DNA of 64,000 nt from Eledone cirrhosa. Lineage: Eukaryota. A model generated the notes under the pieces. The model did not search any database, was not told the DNA's origin, and worked only from the letters and a program-made list of their open reading frames with translations. A program made the translations under genes and the position numbers. This document shows, piece after piece, positions 59,201 through 64,000 of the stretch. The stretch covers positions 81,654,001 to 81,718,000 of the forward strand of contig OZ024742.1 of assembly GCA_964016885.1 (NCBI GenBank), in the 5' to 3' direction. Positions within the stretch are counted from its first letter, which is position 1. Each line of letters begins with the position of its first letter.

Positions 59201-60124
59201 AAACAAATCCTCCATTCCCATTATGCCAAACCCATGACTTCCAAACATCTGATCCACCGAAACTCAGCCATTTCGGACCATACCAAAATCAACATACTGA
59301 TTGCGGATTTGGTACGGGTGATGAGAAATTTGTCCCGCATGTGTAACCCCGAAGAACTAGAGAGACACATACAACACTTCATCCACCGTATGCAGTTCTC
59401 TGGCTACAATCAGAGAGATAGAATCAGAGTGTATAAAGGAGCCAGAACCAAATGGGAAAAAATGGTAAATAATGACATAAATGGGACCTGCCCCTTGTAT
59501 AGGAGCAAATTTTGGAATAGAATAGAAAGAACTAAGAACAAGGCCAATAGAATAAACTCATGGTATGATAGCAATAAATACCAGAGTGTAATGTTCATCA
59601 ATACAACCCCTAGAGGCGAACTAGCCTACAAATTTAGAAGGGCCCTAAAGAAACATAATCTCAATATTAAGATAGTAGAAAGACCTGGTACCTCCGTAAA
59701 AGCACTTGTTAGCAAGACATACCCGTTCCAAAGACCCTCATGTATAGATAAGAAATGTATAACCTGTAAAATAAGCCCCCATATTAACTGTAAAACTAGA
59801 AATGTAGTATATAGCATAAGATGTACTGAAGGACAATGTAGAAACAAAAATATAGTGTACATAGTTGAGACAGCTCGTAGTATAGGGGAACGAATAAATG
59901 AACACTGGCGAGACCTCCAAGATAATAAAGAATCATCTGTGCTCTACCAACATGCTAAGATAGAACACAGGGGTAAATTAGAGAGCATAGAAATAAAAAT
60001 AGAATCCACACACAAGAAAGACGCAATGTTTAGGCAAATTACAGAGGCAGTAAGCATAAAAGAATTAAAACCAAAATTAAATAGAAAATATGAGTGGAAC
60101 AGCAACATCACAACTTACAATTAA
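56273..60124 (+). CDS. PLE polyprotein: reverse transcriptase + CxxxxCxxC linker + GIY-YIG endonuclease (true start probably at 56297)
   Basis: TDKSG, LYGLRKDHK, TRPV, SMDVVSLYPSI, YSRYVDD, LPVLD, CIDKKCITC, VVYSIRC..YI(G/V)ET.R, R..EH; open for 1283 codons. Confidence 0.95.
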   Translation: MRVFLIGNVTLPKYNNIGFNTRFQIKNLAKQIQKRNIVSLSQANKILKTTMFCCLRKTITSRQLRFIKLCTTSRIYTNTINTDVRRLQLTKKQADRLKRTLILNIKKKIYRELSHQEKLKRNLIQEISKITTPAEKLTFISLIRPEEQYITQECNKHLNRKLKWLKQAKLNRDTIEYTNRYPDKIDGINMADTSLSEEFNNENTNIYGNTEIDNNEMSVLRLPPKFATFKKVNMISCLSEIEKSFTKLRWSIKNKNKSNNIRTHIYNTHPNNNRHTDTNNNNNNNSNILRYNNNNSNIPRYNRHADTNNNNNTHGDNNNNNTHINNNNNSNIPRYNNNRHANTNNNNNTHNNDNTHTHRDNNNTHQQQHTSTTTTHTHSMPLTTTTILTNTQTQKTSNDSSTEIREIRESNSNRIKRKRRWETKDKENNQDEHTDTQNRVDNNIEPVERDRSNYERHINNHEAEAAVVGGNRNNTTNNNNSTSTHKAAAWNSPFYNPSDKSFDLRRVHATTLPFNKRTQLPSQVDEQTEAQFSIAKSELRNIIEQYSKKHNRIEAQQLGEESANGLRKLMQRSRNGEIACFPTDKSGRMSVDSLPNYIQAMQPHITNTKEVTPQEHEDREKTLNAHMVMWTNIMQPNKRTANNFQAWNNDVPALYGLRKDHKTGWDPVAGPPTRPVCGANIASNYRLSYFLSLIIRPIIEMSPDVCDSTEDLVSRIGAGNRSGDLTNCIIGSMDVVSLYPSIDVDFAVEKCVEMISESKVEFRGIDTSELGLLLKLTHSNSYLDTYDLSNLCPTRPARGRPPTITSMAKKTHTDRWNGWTRAIRTPENHDELKKMIAHAVGASIKLTLKEHMFKFNGKTYAQEEGAAISVSIAGDIANLFMVWWDSRLKQKLNEQLEDSLTLIMYSRYVDDINIVVKTPPLKNSQELEKNTMESIQQIANSIHQSIRVTIDYPSRHPNHRLPVLDTELWLDTINNQKQILHSHYAKPMTSKHLIHRNSAISDHTKINILIADLVRVMRNLSRMCNPEELERHIQHFIHRMQFSGYNQRDRIRVYKGARTKWEKMVNNDINGTCPLYRSKFWNRIERTKNKANRINSWYDSNKYQSVMFINTTPRGELAYKFRRALKKHNLNIKIVERPGTSVKALVSKTYPFQRPSCIDKKCITCKISPHINCKTRNVVYSIRCTEGQCRNKNIVYIVETARSIGERINEHWRDLQDNKESSVLYQHAKIEHRGKLESIEIKIESTHKKDAMFRQITEAVSIKELKPKLNRKYEWNSNITTYN

Positions 60125-60434
60125 GGACAAAACGAAAACACACACACACATAGAACAAACAACTTACAATTGAAAACACACACAAAATGAAAACACACAC
60201 AAGACAAAATGAAAACACACACACACATAGAACAAACAACCAACCAACAATAAATAAATAAATAAACAAACAAATAGAAAAATATAAATAGAAAATTAGA
60301 AAAATGAACACAAACACACACAGATACCCGGATGTGGCGCATGAGCAAACTGAGCACGCAACCCACACACAAACAAAATGGCGTAGGATAGAAGAAAAGA
60401 AAAGAAAGGCACAGAAACGAAGAAAGAAATCCCC

Positions 60435-60479
60435 AGTCACTGAAGAGGTCACAGAGTGTGTGACGAAAGAACTATGACT
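60435..60479 (+). ncRNA. Minimal type-I hammerhead, family A, 3' pLTR
   Basis: Identical to 56119-56163. Confidence 0.75.
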
Positions 60480-60692
60480 ATATATATATAAACAACTATC
60501 TGGTTGTGGAACCAACCAACCAACCAGAAATTTATAAATTTGTAAATTTATAAATATATAATAAATTAAATTGAAGTGAAAGCATGTGGTGCGTGTGTTT
60601 CTTATTGGCAACGTGACCCTCCCAAAGTATAACAATATCGGTTTCAACACACGATTTCAGATAAAGAATCTTGCTAAACAAATTCAGAAACG

Positions 60693-60963
<271 letters not shown>

Positions 60964-60964
60964 A

Positions 60965-61483
60965 TAATAACAGATTAAAGTTTAAGCAAGGAATCACTGC
61001 TTTCACCCTTAACGGGATCTTCTGAAACTAAAAAAATCAATCTGTGAATGCTGAAGTAAATATTTCTAAAAAGTTGCAACCGAAGGAAGAGAGGAGGACG
61101 ATACTTTGGTTTGTGGAAATCTTCCCTGGCAAAGACAGGGGAAAAAACGAAGAAAATACGTCATTATTTGAAGCGGTGAGCACAATTACACTCAAAGACA
61201 AAACCACGTAAATGGTATAACTGAAGTCATAGACTAAAATTCTATATAGGAAACCGAATGATTCTCGGCTTCAGAGCTAAGAATAATGTAGATAAATTAC
61301 AGAGGAAATTGAATTTAAATAAATACATGCACGCATCAATAAATACATACACATGCATACGCGAAAACGCCCGCCATGGGTATGCAAATACAACACAAAA
61401 AGCACGCACGCACATACAGAACACACACAACGCCTGAACCCTCACACATACGAACGTATACACCGAATGCACATAAAATATAA

Positions 61484-61573
<90 letters not shown>

Positions 61574-64000
61574 GTGTGTGTGCGTGTATACATATAATTA
61601 TATAAACGTATATAAATATACACACATAAATACGAATATAACGAGCACACACACATACCTACATGTAAATACACATGTTCGCAGACACAGGTCAACCAAA
61701 ACACAAAGTACACATATACACACACCCTACATACGTGCGAACCCGCATACTCCCACAGACGCAAAACTCACATATACACATAACCATATATACATTTACC
61801 AGTATATATAATATAATGTATACGCCTATAACATATACAAGCAAATACACGTACAAAAAAGTATACGTACCTTCACAAAACATACAGGTAATATTTACTT
61901 ACCTATACAAATAAGTAATGGTATAAACATAACATATAATTAGCTACCACATCAACACATAAAGTATCCGCGTATAGTTCGTAATATCCGTTAGGGTATA
62001 ATGTGGGGCTGTTATACAGGAGAGGTTTGTGCAAGTTATGTTTACAAGCCGAAATTGCCTCTGATTTGTGTTTAAGATGTGGTCTTTGCCGTAGAGGTCA
62101 CACGGTCTTTTATTTCCGTTATACGATCTAGCCCTAACTAGGATCGCCCAGTGTAAATTTTATTGGGTGTGGTTGTCTTTTAGACGTCATATATAAGCTG
62201 AAAGTGACGTCATATTCCTTCTTAAAGGGCTAAAAAAAGAATGGCTATGCATGTAAAGATGTCGCTTGAATCTATTGGCGGTTAAATCTATGTAGGACCT
62301 ACGGGACGTGGATGTTTCAACCTTACATTTGTAGACAATGTTACTAAAGAGGCATTTCCCGGATAGGGAGCAGTCAACCCGATTCCTACAATTAGTTAAT
62401 ACTAGGTACAGGGTTGCACGTGTTTCTACGGCTAGGTAATTTAGCTAAATTTTAAGCTGTGATGTTAGCGCAAGTTTAGGTGTCGAAGAGTAAGAGATTT
62501 TAATGGTATTTCTATTAAAAATGTTATGATATTTATGTGCTGGTGGGAAATGCTTCATAACAAGCGAGAGAACGATCTTAGCTAATGGTGTGGCCACCTC
62601 CATAATATGTGGTGGTTTATACCACATAATGCGTCGGGATCTATTTTTCCTAGGTCTATACTCATACTCAGTATATGCTACCTTATCGACAAATCCACTC
62701 CGAGCAAGAGCTTCATTGTAATATGTGGAATGGTCGGTGAAAATATGCTCGTTTGTATATGGGAAAGCCTCAAGGAAACGTTTCTTACCAGGTTCTTGGT
62801 TATGCTGGAATGATGGTTAGAATGCTTACTTATGTAATTAATGTATCATTCGGCTTTCTATACGGGTAGTGCAAGCCATTCGACATATTTAGGGAAACGT
62901 CGAGGTAATTAACGATCGAGAGGTTGGCTCCAACCTGTATGGAGAGGTTGAGGCCTTTAAAGAAGGCTGTGAGTTCTTTCCTGAAACTGTCGCAAGAACA
63001 TGGGCCTCACTTTGTCGTGGTCAAAATACCGTCATCATGGTACAAACCACCGCCCACGTTGGGTTATTCTTTCTTGATAGAGAAAAGAAGGAAAAGGCCG
63101 ATAAGATCAGTAACCTCCGCAGAATCGCTAGCGCCCATACATCACGTCGAATGGGCTACTATTAGATTTGTTTAATCCAAATAGAGTCGTCGAAATTAAT
63201 CACCGAATTACGGGCATTGAGGATGACATCAACTTCGAAATCCACACTTCTAATTTCGGGTATAATTCTATCCAAAATCCTTTTATTAGTCTACCTAAAT
63301 CGGACTTCGTAAGGTTAATAAGCCGAAAAGAGAGGTTTTTCGGGAAATTGGATTTGTGATCCTTCAGGGTAAAGTGGGGCAAATAAGGGTCCAGAGGTTT
63401 AGTCCGGTCTAGGATGTTGAGATCAGAGGTGATCTTAAACCCAGCATTGTTGATTTTATTAATGACGCTCCGATTAGTTTTGCGGTAATCCTTAGTTACA
63501 GCATTATGTAGCAGTTGATGGTAAGTTCTGCGCTCCACTTGATTGCCAGTTTTGTCGGAATGGACGTGCATGGGATTAGAATCCTTAATAGAACGAATTC
63601 TATTCTTCTGGAATGAATTGCTCCTATTCCGAAATTTGATACTCCGTTTGAGTTCCAAGACATCATTTTCTAAGGATAGCAATGCTGTTTTCTGTTTCAG
63701 GAGTTTTAGGTATGTTTTCCTGCTTAGTACAGGTATGTTCTTTGTAGAAACATTCAGATGTTGTTTCTGCATGATGAAATTATAAGTCAATAGATTGCTC
63801 AACTGAGGGAGCCAAATAGTAATAATAATAAATTTGAAGACTAAAATCCAAAGAGGGCTCGATAAGTATGCATATATATCAAATATATAATAACCGTAGA
63901 GCAAATATTTATTAAAATAAAAATTAAAGTTTAATCAAAGAATCGCTGATTTAACCCTTAACAGGATCTTCTGAAACAATAAAAAATCAATTTGTGAACA
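60965..64000 (-). mobile_element. PLE family I (Naiad-like), decayed, with upstream pLTR running off the window
   Basis: Collinear with 34190-37360 with internal deletions; 63905-64000 repeats 60965-61050; ORF remnants 63200-63904 and 62445-62627. Confidence 0.9.

Overview
AT-rich, microsatellite-dense animal genomic DNA. The SINE types and (TA)n/(CA)n density suggest a cephalopod such as Octopus, which is inference only. No host protein-coding gene can be supported; most short ORFs in the track are microsatellite or antisense artefacts. Retroelements dominate. They include a young composite Penelope-like element (PLE) at 52157-60696 with one open 1283-codon RT + GIY-YIG ORF, older PLE copies of Naiad-like and Neptune-like type, a Dong/R4-type REL LINE with its RT core deleted, a decayed L1/Tx1-type LINE, RTE fragments and tRNA-derived SINEs. 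The main unexplained structure is a set of about ten unrelated short fold-back (inverted-repeat) elements, nearly all in (TA)n tracts. By eye, most carry a recognisable type-I hammerhead ribozyme (HHR) motif (stem I-CUGANGA-stem II-GAAA-stem III-UH-stem I). They are asymmetric in a stereotyped way: one arm stops at a family-specific 'short' terminus, the other runs about 60-110 nt further to a 'long' terminus. Where the parent PLE is present, it uses the same two termini and the extra tail is the start of its ORF. The window therefore records a multi-family guild of (TA)n-targeting, ribozyme-bearing PLEs and their hairpin mini-derivatives. Family letters A-K are my own labels. All folds and identities were judged by eye.
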